This document shows positions 32,530 through 48,700 of a DNA stretch of 64,000 nucleotides, piece after piece. The stretch is from Macrostomum lignano (lineage: Eukaryota). The first letter of the stretch is position 1, and every line of letters starts with the position of its first letter. Below the pieces are notes generated by a model. It worked only from the letters and a program-made list of their open reading frames with translations. It did no database searches and was not told the origin of the DNA. The stretch lies in assembly GCA_002269645.1 (NCBI GenBank), contig NIVC01002544.1:62001-126000 (forward strand), read 5' to 3'. The position numbers and the translations under genes are program-made.

Positions 32530-34877
32530 TGATTGTTTACATGACGCTTCTACGATATTTTACATGACGATTCTACGATTTTTTACATGACGCTTCTATG
32601 ATTGTTTACATGACGCTTCTACGATTTTTTACATGACGCTTCTATGATTGTTTACATGACGCTTCTACGATTTTTTACATGACGCTTCTACGATTTTTTA
32701 CATGACGCTTCTACGATTTTTTACATGACGATTCTATGATTTTTTACTTGACGCTTCTACGATTTTTTACATGACGCTTCTACGATTTTTTACATGACGC
32801 TTCTACGATTTTTTACATGACGCTTCTACGATTTTTTACATGACGATTCTACGATTTTTTACTTGACGCTTCTATGATTGTTTACATGACGCTTCTATGA
32901 TTGTTTACATGACGCTTCTACGATTTTTTACATGACGCTTCTACGATTTTTTACATGACGCTTCTACGATTTTTTACATGACGCTTCTATGATTGTTTAC
33001 ATGACGCTTCTACGATTTTTTACATGACGCTTCTATGATTGTTTACATGACGCTTCTATGATTTTTTACATGACGCTTCTATGATTGTTTACATGACGCT
33101 TCTACGATTTTTTACATGACGCTTCTACGATTTTTACATGACGCTTCTATGATTGTTTACATGACGCTTCTATGATTTTTTACATGACCCTTCTATGATT
33201 GTTTACATGACGCTTCTATGATTTTTTACATGACGCTTCTACGATTTTTTACATGACGCTTCTATGATTGTTTACATGACGCTTCTACGATTTTTTACAT
33301 GACGCTTCTATGATTGTTTACATGACGCTTCTATGATTGTTTACATGACGCTTCTATGATTTTTTACATGACGCTTCTATGATTGTTTACATGACGCTTC
33401 TATGATTGTTTAAATGACGCTTCTATGATTTTTTACTTGACGCTTCTACGATTTTTTACATGACGCTTCTACGATTTTTTACATGACGCTTCTACGATTT
33501 TTTACATGACGCTTCTACGATTTTTTACATGACGATTCTACGATTTTTTACATGACGCTTCTATGATTGTTTACATGACGCTTCTACGATTTTTTACATG
33601 ACGCTTCTATGATTGTTTACATGACGCTTCTATGATTGTTTACATGACGCTTCTACGATTTTTTACATGACGCTTCTATGATTTTTTACATGACGCTTCT
33701 ACGATTTTTTACATGACGCTTCTATGATTGTTTACATGACGCTTCTATGATTGTTTACATGACGCTTCTATGATTGTTTACATGACGCTTCTATGATTTT
33801 TTACTTGACGCTTCTATGATTGTTTACATGACGCTTCTATGATTGTTTACATGACGCTTCTATGATTGTTTACATGACGCTTCTACGATTTTTTACATGA
33901 CGCTTCTACGATTTTTTACATGACGCTTCTATGATTGTTTACATGACGCTTCTACGATTTTTTACATGACGCTTCTATGATTGTTTACATGACGCTTCTA
34001 CGATTTTTTACATGACGATTCCATGATTTTTTACATGACGATTCTACGATTTTTTACATGACGATTCTATGATTGTTTACATGACGATTCTATGATTGTT
34101 TACATGACGATTCTATGATTGTTTACATGACGATTCTACGATTTTTTACTTGACGCTTCTATGATTGTTTACATGACGCTTCTATGATTGTTTACATGAT
34201 GCTTCTACGATTTTTTACATGACGCTTCTACGATTTTTTACATGACGATTCTATGATTGTTTACATGACGCTTCTATGATTGTTTACATGACGCTTCTAC
34301 GATTTTTTACATGACGCTTCTATGATTGTTTACATGACGCTTCTACGATTTTTTACATGACGATTCTATGGTTGCTGAGTGTATAAAATGAATAATTCGT
34401 TTTTACAAGGAGCAAAAGACGGAAGGACGATTGCTAATTGACTGGCTGTGGTAACTTGGCCTGCGTGCACGCCGGGGGTGGGTGCTGGGTTGCAGAGTTG
34501 TTTTGATGTCTGTCACTCGCTGAATGTACTTTGCTAGCGCGGGGTGGGGGTTCGGGTGAGTCAGGCGATCGATAATAAAATGGTTTCAGCCTGCAATGTT
34601 GTTCGTGCTTTTGGTCAAAATACATGTCGAGGACTTTATTTCACTGGGATTCAGAATTTTATAAGAAGTTCAGCTTATCACATTGAGATTTAACTGTCAG
34701 AAAATAAGTTGAACAGCTCAAGCCTTTAGACAGTCGGGCTGCATCAGGTCACGTGTACTCCAGCAGCTGTTGGCAAGTCCGAGATCTCATTATACTCTTC
34801 CGTTCCTGCAACAGGAGAAGCAGACGGCTGCTCGGGCTTAATTCTTTGCTCTGCTTTCTCACTGCGACTCTGCAAGG

Positions 34878-36345
34878 TCGGAGATGTGAAGTGTCGGATA
34901 TGAAATGTCGGAGATGTGAAGTGTCGGATATGAAATGTCGGAGATGTGAAGTGTCGGATATGAAATGTCGGAGATGTGAAGTGTCGGATATGAAATGTCG
35001 GAGATGTGAAGTGTCGGATATGAAATGTCGGAGATGTGAAGTGTCGGATATGAAATGTCGGAGATGTGAAGTGTCGGATATGAAATGTCGGAGATGTGAA
35101 GTGTCGGATATGAAATGTCGGAGATGTGAAGTGTCGGAGATATGAAGTGTCGGAGATGTGAAGTGTCGGAGATATGAAATGTCGGAGATATGAAATGTCG
35201 GAGATGTGAAGTGTCGGAGATATGAAGTGTCGGAGATATGAAATGTTGGAGATGTGAAGTGTCGGAGATATGAAGTGTCGGAGATGTGAAGTGTCGGAGA
35301 TATGAAGTGTCGGAGATATGAAATATCGGAGTTATTAAGTGTCGGAGATATGAAGTGTCGGAGATATTAAGTGTCGGAGATGTTAAGTGTCGGAGATGTG
35401 AAGTGTCGGAGATGTGAAGTGTCGGAGATATGTGAATCGTCGGAGATATGAAGTGTCGGAGATATGAAGTGTCTGAGATATGAAATGTCGGAGATATGAA
35501 ATGTTGGAGATGTGAAGTGTCGGAGATATGAAGTGTCGGAGATATGAAATATCGGAGTTATTAAGTGTCGGAGATATGAAATATCGGAGTTATTAAGTGT
35601 CGGAGATATGAAGTGTCGGAGATATTAAGTGTCGGAGATGTTAAGTGTCGGAGATGTGAAGTGTCGGAGATGTGAAGTGTCGGAGATATGTGAATCGTCG
35701 GAGATATGAAGTGTCGGAGATATGAAGTGTCTGAGATATGAAATGTCGGAGATATTAAGTGTCGGAGATGTGAAACACTAATGAACGATGACTTTTGGCT
35801 GTGTGCACTGATTGGAACCGGATTCCAGGTGTCAGAGTTCTGGAGTTCAGGGAGCGTTCGTAGAGAGCTGCAGATGACCGTCTGACAGTTTCTCCTCTCC
35901 AGCCTCTGATCTCCATCACTTTTGATTCGCTACAAGCTGAGTAGGAAACCGTCCCTGCTCAAGTTCTGCAGTCAGATCAGTCGGAAAGCTTTCGTAGTCA
36001 TCGTTCATTGGTATTTCACATCTCCGACACTTTATATCTCCGACACTTTTAATATCTCCGACACTATATCTCCGACATTTCATATCTCCGACGATTCACA
36101 TACCAGTATCTCCGACACTTCACATCTCCGACATTTCATATCTCCGACGATTCACATACCAGTATCTCCGACACTTCACATCTCCGACACTTCATATCTC
36201 CGACGATTCACATATCTCCGACACTTTACATCTCCGACACTTCATATCTCCGACACTTTTAATATCTCCGACACTATATCTCCGACATTTCATATCCGAC
36301 ACTTCACATCTCCGACACTTCATATCTGACACTTCATATCTCCTT
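34878..36345. repeat. Foldback structure: inverted 16/24-bp arrays around a 200-bp unique spacer
   Basis: GTCGGAGATGTGAAGT array (34878-35770) and its reverse complement (36015-36345); inner 28-bp IRs at 35766-35793 and 35996-36023 with 2 mismatches. Confidence 0.75.
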
Positions 36346-36649
36346 ATAATACTTCTAGTGGCCTTTTGGTTCGTACATTTATGCATCTACACAATATTTG
36401 CCTAATTTTACGAGTACAATATTCGATGCACCTTTGATGCCAGTTGCACTTGCTGTTAAGGCTAAAATACTGCTTAATTTATCAAACGGTTGGATTAACT
36501 TTGATGCGTGCCATCGAAAAACCATGACTCACCAAAGGCAGATTATGTATTGAAGCGACAACAACTCTTTGTAAAAAAAGATTTCATTGATTTTCTTTGT
36601 TTTACAAAGAGTCTGGTGACAAAATATCAGTCTGATAAATAGGCAAACA

Positions 36650-36800
36650 GATCATGCAAGCAGACATCCTGCAAACAGACATCCTGCAAACAGACATCCT
36701 GCAAGCAGACATCCTGCAAACAGACATCCTGCAAGCAGACATCCTGCAAACAGACATCCTGCAAACAGACATCCTGCAAGCAGACATCCTGCAAGCAGAC
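36650..36800. repeat. 15-bp minisatellite
   Basis: Unit CAGACATCCTGCAA(A/G), about 10 copies. Confidence 0.9.
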
Positions 36801-37159
36801 ACATCCGTGGTACATGTATTTTCATAATGTTTACGGCTTATGGCTTACCAGAGCACCAGTATGCAGTTTAGTGATCAGGATAAATTGACAGGCAGTTCTG
36901 CACCCGGGCACGCAGTTTAATGAGCGCACAGGACTCGCCAAAACTTTGCACAGCCGCGGCTGCAATAAACAGATCGAGCTTTTCATAGCTAACTGCAGAC
37001 GCGCAGCTCTCAAGTTCGCCAGATTCGTCCGCACTTGCCAAACCGGATGTTTGAAATTTGACTGCCAAATTACAGGAGCCTGCAGCGAAATGCAGTAGAA
37101 ATTATTAATATAATTAAAGCTCGCAATTATCTCCAGCTAAGAATGAATGCAAGCCAGCA

Positions 37160-39382
37160 ATGAAGCTCCAATTAGCAGGACTGATCTTCATTTTTATCTT
37201 GCAAGGATCGGCCGCTGACAATTCTGACACGAGTGAGTAACTGACTTTCTTGGTCTGACAATGAGTCATCGAAATCTCCTGATACGAGTACGAGCGTAGA
37301 TACCGTGGTATCATTGCAGGCGAGTTCCCTATTCGAAGGAGCCGCGTGCTGAGCACCTGGCAGTCGTCTTTTGGCGACGGCCAGACCTGCTTCTTCAACA
37401 GAAGCCAGACAGAGGAGGCCTCAGTTGTCAGTGACAAGCAGAAAAGCTACCGGTTCTTTCACAGCAAAGGCAAGAGCCAAGCTGACGGCGGGTTTCACTG
37501 GTTCGCAGTGCAGCTGAATGAGCCAGTGCTGATCAGCTCTGTGACTGTGAAGGGCAGAGAGGGTGAGTCAGTCACTGTCTTTCATACTCGGCAATTTGCT
37601 GATACTCCTAAATTGGGAAAATTTCACTTCAGACGGAGTTCAATACACCTACAACCGAGTGATCGACATTGAAATTTGGACATCGAGCTGGAGCAGGCGG
37701 GTGTTCTCCGGCGATGAGCACTGCACTTCAAGAAGCATGAGCGGGCAGTTCAATGATTCACTGCCAAAATGGACACTTTGCGGTGTGATTAACAGCTCTC
37801 TGGAAAGCATCACTCGTGGTGAACTTCTCACTGTGTCCTGCGAGAATGGGGTGGGTTCTGTCAATAATGCAGGCTAAATTGCTGCCAAACTGCAACTACA
37901 GTAGCTGAACTGCTTTCAGACATCCAAGCCAGCGCATCACCTGCTGCTAAGGAAGGACGTGTCAAGCAAGGAACCGGACACAGATGACGATGATGTCATG
38001 AGCTTTGCGGATCTCAGACTGCAGGTTAGGCGACCTAAAAACCCGCCAGGTAAACTAATGACTGAAATTATTCTCTCTTGGTTTTAATATAAAATCTCTC
38101 AGTCATTCACAACAGTCTCAGTGATTTCCCAGTCATTCACAACAGTCTTAGTGATTTCTCAGTCATTCACAACAGTCTCAGTGACCTCTCATTCATTCAC
38201 AACAGTCTCAGTGATTTCTCATTCACTCACAACAGTCTCAGTGACCTCTCATTCACTCACAACAGTCTCAATGACCTCCCATTCATTCACAACAGTCTCA
38301 GTGACCTCCCATTCATTCACAACAGTCTCAGTGACCTCCCATTCATTCACAACAGTCTTAGTGACCTCTCATTCACTCACACAACAGTCTCAGTGACCTC
38401 TCATTCACTCACAACAGTCTCAGTGATATCTCATTCATTCACAACAGTCTTAGTGATTTCTCAGCCATTCACAACAGTCTCAGTGACCTCTCATTCATTC
38501 ACAACAGTCTCGGTGACCTCCCATTCATTCACAACAGTCTTAGTGATATCTCATTCACTCACAACAGTCTCAGTGACCTCTCATTCATTCACAACAGTCT
38601 CAGTGACCTCTCATTCACTCTCTCTCGCACCTGCAGCCTCATCGCCGAACTCAGCCAGCAACGCAACCTTCTCAGCAACTGTGTCGGCCCTCGTATTTGT
38701 TTTAACCGCCCTAATCTGCGGCGTCGCTCTGGTCAGTAACTGGTCAATTTGATTTTTTTTTGACAGGTAAGAGAATAACCGAATTTCGAATTCCAGCTGA
38801 AGCTGAAACTGAAGAGCAGACAGTTGCAGTCCTCAAGTCCCGAAGCAAAGCTGAGCAATGTGCCAGATAATCCGGCTGGCGTTGCTAAGGCAGTGCGCAA
38901 GGTGAGAGGCATCTGACCCCTGTACAGAATACTGCTGTGATGGCTCATGCAGGAGCAGGGAAGCTCAGTGGTACACGATTCCCCGCATTCATTTGGGCAT
39001 TGTGCTCAAAAATAGGCCATTGGGTTTTCATGCATGCACAGACTGTACATGCCTGATGATTACAGTCAGGGCCGCTGTACACCCCGCGTGAGCGTGTGTG
39101 TGAGTGCCTGCTCCTGCGAATATTGAAACTTCGAATGCTCAACAACTGATGAGCAATGATGAATTGATGATGAAATCCGAGCCGGCTCCACCGATTTCAG
39201 ACCGATTTCAAACTTACTGATTTCAGACGCTGCGACCGCGCGTCACCGCCCGCAGCTGCGAGCCCGAGTGCAGCTACCTGTCGGTGAATCCCAACGCCGA
39301 GCCCGCCGACAACTCGGACAGGAATTCGGACACCGCAAGCGACTGCACCGTCTATTTGGAAATTGTGGCCGATGCCAACTAG
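37160..39382 (+). CDS. Receptor gene A: signal peptide, F-type-lectin-like domain, short stalk, TM, tail with two Tyr motifs
   Basis: Phase-consistent exons 37160-37232 (MKLQLAGLIFIFIL), 37320-37562, 37633-37850, 37920-38049, 38637-38731 (TM), 38797-38901 (LKLKLKSR), 39227-39382 (CSYLSV...CTVYLEIVADAN stop). Confidence 0.75.
38097..38620. repeat. 30-bp minisatellite in the gene A stalk intron
   Basis: Unit CATTCATTCACAACAGTCTCAGTGACCTCT, about 17 copies; reads HSFTTVSVTS; 2-nt insertion near 38380. Confidence 0.9.
38955..39130 (+). mobile_element. Second SINE-like family, internally deleted copy
   Basis: AGCTCAGTGGTAC head remnant; GCATTCATTTGGGCATTGTGCTCAAAA; TGTACATGCCTGAT...GGCCGCTGTACA. 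Confidence 0.55.
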
Positions 39383-39595
39383 CGAGCTGCTTCAATGATC
39401 ATCAGATTCTTCACCTTGCATGCACTGCATCTGTGTACAGGGCACCTGTTCTTGAGTGCGAGCTGAAATTTGTTTTAATGAACTCAAGCAATTGTTCAGT
39501 TTCAATGGTTAATACTCGTATTCAGCACAAATAAATCTTTGAATTTCAAAATAAACGCTGACCTCTCGATGTCCATTGCCGAGCACCGTCGCTTC

Positions 39596-40660
39596 AATCA
39601 GTCAGTCAGTCAGTCAGTCAGTCAGTCAGTCAGTCAGTCAGTCAGTCAGTCAGTCAGTCAGTCAGTCAGTCAGTCAGTCAGTCAGTCAGTCAGTCAGTCA
39701 GTCAGTCAGTCAGTCAGTCAGTCAGTCAGTCAGTCAGTCAGTCAGTCAGTCAGTCAGTCAGTCAGTCAGTCAGTCAGTCAGTCAGTCAGTCAGTCAGTCA
39801 GTCAGTCAGTCAGTCAGTCAGTCAGTCAGTCAGTCAGTCAGTCAGTCAGTCAGTCAGTCAGTCAGTCAGTCAGTCAGTCAGTCAGTCAGTCAGTCAGTCA
39901 GTCAGTCAGTCAGTCAGTCAGTCAGTCAGTCAGTCAGTCAGTCAGTCAGTCAGTCAGTCAGTCAGTCAGTCAGTCAGTCAGTCAGTCAGTCAGTCAGTCA
40001 GTCAGTCAGTCAGTCAGTCAGTCAGTCAGTCAGTCAGTCAGTCAGTCAGTCAGTCAGTCAGTCAGTCAGTCAGTCAGTCAGTCAGTCAGTCAGTCAGTCA
40101 GTCAGTCAGTCAGTCAGTCAGTCAGTCAGTCAGTCAGTCAGTCAGTCAGTCAGTCAGTCAGTCAGTCAGTCAGTCAGTCAGTCAGTCAGTCAGTCAGTCA
40201 GTCAGTCAGTCAGTCAGTCAGTCAGTCAGTCAGTCAGTCAGTCAGTCAGTCAGTCAGTCAGTCAGTCAGTCAGTCAGTCAGTCAGTCAGTCAGTCAGTCA
40301 GTCAGTCAGTCAGTCAGTCAGTCAGTCAGTCAGTCAGTCAGTCAGTCAGTCAGTCAGTCATAGTCACAGTCAGTCACAGTCACAGTCACAGTCAGTCACA
40401 GTCACAGTCACAGTCACAGTCACAGTCAGTCACAGTCACAGTCACAGTCATAGTCACAGTCACAGTCATAATCACAGTCACAGTCATAGTCACAGTCACA
40501 GTCAGTCACAGTCACAGTCACAGTCAGTCACAGTCACAGTCAATCAGTCACAGTCACAGTCACAGTCACAGTCACAGTCACAGTCACAGTCACAGTCACA
40601 GTCACAGTCACAGTCACAGTCACAGTCACAGTCAGTCACAGTCACAGTCAGTCAGTCAGT
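39596..40660. repeat. (CAGT)n microsatellite followed by (CACAGT)n
   Basis: Pure CAGT to about 40360, then CACAGT-type units. Confidence 0.98.
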
Positions 40661-41034
40661 CACCCAGGTGCGAATTTTATTTATTGTGAATTGAATCAGC
40701 AAATGTTTAAATGCTGGCAACGCGGATAAACTTACTGAATATAATTTCAGCATTTTAGTTATGAATATTAGTAGAAAACATCATTAATACCGAATTAAGT
40801 CAGAAATTAAAAATTGTCAAACAGCATCATTAGTTAAAATTGAAAGCTCCGACACTCTGAATAAACATAAAGGTGAACGCGCAACATTGCACAATGCCAA
40901 CCTGTCCGCTCATTTTGCATCTTGATTAGAGCTGTAACAGTGGGGAGGGCAAAGTGTGAAATAAATTACAGCTGACAGATACACAGCCTGCAGAATACAC
41001 AGCATATCATTGCCGGTGCCTTGGCAAAGTCGTC

Positions 41035-45040
<4,006 letters not shown>

Positions 45041-45252
45041 CATGATCAACTGCTCAAACTATAATCAATATTTTATTATTAGATAGAATTCAATATGTAA
45101 ATTTAGCCATTGCCAGTTCATATTGTAAGAATTTCAGAGTTAAAGCAGTCGTATGCATGAGTGAATTACAGGAATTGAAGTATTTAAATGGCGCTGTAAA
45201 TAAAATGCAAGAGAGTTTAAACTCCAAAGAAGCAACGGCTATTAATGCGTCT

Positions 45253-45462
<210 letters not shown>

Positions 45463-45725
45463 CAAATATTACGAATTATTTACGAAACTTTTCTTAAATT
45501 CAACATTTGAAATGACACACAAACAGGCTATATTTAACACATAAGATAAGATAAACCAAGTGTTGATGGGGGTGATGTTGCTGGCTTATTTATAAAATAC
45601 AAAACTATAATTTTAAATATCACTTGCGAATTTGGGTTTTAAACAGAAACATATTTCCCGAAGTTAAACATTTCAAACTGAAAAAGTTTATATAATCTAC
45701 GGCTCGTATTCAAACATGCCAAGCA

Positions 45726-48700
45726 ATGGAGGTCTGGTTCGCAATGGCAGACCTGTTGCTGCTGCTGCTGCTGCTGCTGCTGGTCCAGACAGCCGCGCAT
45801 GCTGAAGTTGGAGCAAACTGTGAGTTCTGCATGAGCAATGAATGTCAGCATGAATAAAAAGAATGTAAGTGCTCAATCTGTGCTCATTATTGCAGGCGAG
45901 TTCCCCATTCGCAGGAGCCGCGTGCTGAGCTCCTGGCAGTCGTCTTTTGGCGACGGCCAAACTTGCTTTTACAACAGAAGCCACACTGATGAGGAATCCG
46001 TGCTCAAAAACAAAACCTTTAGCTACCGGTTCTTCCACAGCGCTGGCCAGAGCTCAGCAGACGGCGGGTTTCACTGGTTTGCAGTGCAGCTGAATGAGCC
46101 AGTGCTCATCAGATCTGTGACTGTGAAGGGCAGAGAGGGTGAGTCACTCACTCAAATGCGTGCTCCAAGTCTGCTGTCTCTGCTCACGGTGCTCTCGCAT
46201 TCCATATGGTGCATCGAAAGTCTTTAAAAGAGCCAGAGGCATTGTGATCTGGACATCAGACAGCAGCAGCCAGCTGTTCTCAGGAGATCACTGCAGTTCA
46301 AGGAGCATGAGCAGCCAGTTCAATGCATCACTGCATCTCTGGAGACGGTGCGGGCTGACTGAGGGCGGCCCAAGAATTTCCGCTGGTGAAAATTTCACAG
46401 TGGATTGCATGGCTGAGGTGAATACATTTCAAATTTAAACTGCCTGTATATATTTACTAGCAAACTCTATAATGATGGATAATAAATAATCTTATTAAGT
46501 AGAATAAACAACCTGCTGCAGAGTTGTTAGAAAGTTGTTTTTCAATAACAAATTCTCAGGTGAGGTACATTCTTCTTAGAAGAAGCATAACAAACGCGGA
46601 CGTCTCGAGCTCTCTTGACTACATGAGTTTCGCTGACCTCCGGCTTCAAAAGTTGCAGCTGAGTAAGTCACGACTGTGGTGATTGCAGCTGCTCAAATGT
46701 CAGAAATATCGTACCTGAACTGCTGCTACCTGTGAACAATTTTACGTTTTAGGGATCTCAGAAGCTCAACTCGTTGCGGAGAACTCCAGCTTCACAGTGA
46801 ATTGCTCATTGGGCTGCACAGACCAGTCAGATGCTGGCTTAGCAGCTCTGATGCAGCTCTGCTTTCCGAACGGCAGCTGCAATGCATCACGGGAGCTGCG
46901 GGTTCCCAGAGCGCAGCCTCAACACGCTGGAAGCTACACCTGCAGACTGGGCTCTGTGGAGATGCGCACTGCAGTCTCTGTGCTGTGTGAGTGCAGACTT
47001 GGCATGGGCTGGCAAGCCTGTCTCTGTGCTGTGTGAGTGCAGACTTGGCATAAGCTGGCAAGCCTGTCTCTGTGCTGTGTGAGTGCAGACTTGGCATGGG
47101 CTGGCAAGCCTGTCTCTGTGCTGTGTGAGTGCAGACTTGGCATGGGCTGGCAAGCCTGTCTCTGTGCTGTGTGAGTGCAGACTTGGCATGGGCTGGCAAG
47201 CATGTCTCTGTGCTGTGTGAGTGCAGACTTGGCATGGGCTGGCAAGCCTGTCTCTGTGCTGTGTGAGTGCAGACTTGGCATGGGCTGGCAAGCCTGTCTC
47301 TGTGCTGTGTGAGTGCAGACTTGGCATGGGCTGGCAAGCATGTCTCTGTGCTGTGTGAGTGCAGACTTGGCATAAGCTGGCAAGCATGTCTCTGTGCTGT
47401 GTGAGTGCAGACTTGGCATAAGCTGGCAAGCATGTCTCTGTGCTGTGTGAGTGCAGACTTGGCATAAGCTGGCAAGCCTGTCTCTGTGCTGTGAGTGCGT
47501 GACTGTGTGACTTGGGATGGGCTGTCAGGCATGTCACTTTCATTTTCTACTGACACATTTCTGTCAGATCCAAATCGATGCCTTTAATTTAATGATGGTG
47601 TCAAGTAATCCTGAGAAAAGCATATCTTGTCAATCTTTTATTCGTTATTGATAAATATGACGATTTTTATTTTGAATTCTAATTCGGTAACTTACTGACT
47701 TTTGCAGCAGTCTCCCCGCGTCAAGTTGTGATGAAGGGCTCCAAGCTCACTATGAGCTGCTCGCTGCACTGCAACGGCTCAGATCTGTGCTCAAACTCAA
47801 GCGGACTGCATCTCTGCTTGCTGAACGGCAGCTGCACAGGCAGTCACAGGATGGCCGTTGCTGTGGCGCAGCCTCTGCACTCTGGAAACTACACCTGCAG
47901 ACTGGGCTCTGTGGAGTCTCGAACTTCGGTCACCGTGCTGTGTGAGCTCTTTAAATTCTCTTCAAAAGTTTCTTATTACAGACAGGATATCACAGGTGGC
48001 TCAACATGCACTCAGATTTAATATTTTTCAGACCCCCATCGAGAGTGTCAGTGTCAGTGCTGAATTTCAACAGCTGTCAGAACCTGTCAGATGTCATCGT
48101 GCAGTTTACATCAACAGAGTCTGAGCCAATCTCCGAGCACAGATGCGGCGCAGAAGCTGCTGGAATTGAAATGCAGAATCTCACACTCATTCACCAGGTT
48201 GGTCTTAAATTCGTCAATCCAAAATTAACCTTTATTTGCTCAATTGACTGTGACGGGTGCGGGCTTGCAGAGCTCTAGCGAGAACGGAACCATCAGCCAG
48301 TGGGTCCCGGACTCGAGCCTGCAAAGCGGCGGTGTCATCTCCATAAAGTGCATCGCTCAGCAGCAGCTCCCGCAGCAGCTCGGCTTTCGGGTATTGAGTC
48401 AGGAGTCTGTGGAAGCCATCTGCACAGAACCGGAGATTTTGAGTTCCCTGTCCATTGCGATTGCCGCTGCCACAATTGGCGGTGCAGTCGCCCTGTCTGC
48501 TGTGTTGGTTGCGGTTGCGGCCGTGGTGAGAAACTGTTGGACACTTCGACCTTTATTCTTCCCTTAACTGCATGATTCACTGCTCAATGCTATTCATGTT
48601 GCAGCGGATTTCCAGGCGGTCTCGTTCCAGAAGTTCGCCATCTGCCAGGCTGAAGATCTACTCAATTGTGCAGGTCAACTCCATGATGATCCCGTACGAT

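Larger units (their letters stand above)
30095..34370. repeat. 23-bp minisatellite array interrupted by a DNA transposon
   Basis: Unit CATGACGCTTCTA(C/T)GATT(T/G)TTTA at 30095-30456 and 32530-34370. Confidence 0.95.

Noticed and set aside
36848-37079. Minus-strand exon upstream of gene A
   Set aside because: In-frame stop before the candidate donor and no linkage to other exons.
39044-39081. CTGATGA as a hammerhead ribozyme core
   Set aside because: No downstream GAAA and no three-way junction; the motif is part of a simple hairpin and is not conserved in other copies.
48650-48672. IYSIV in the gene C tail as an ITIM
   Set aside because: Position Y-2 is Lys, not I/V/L/S; it is only a generic YxxV motif.
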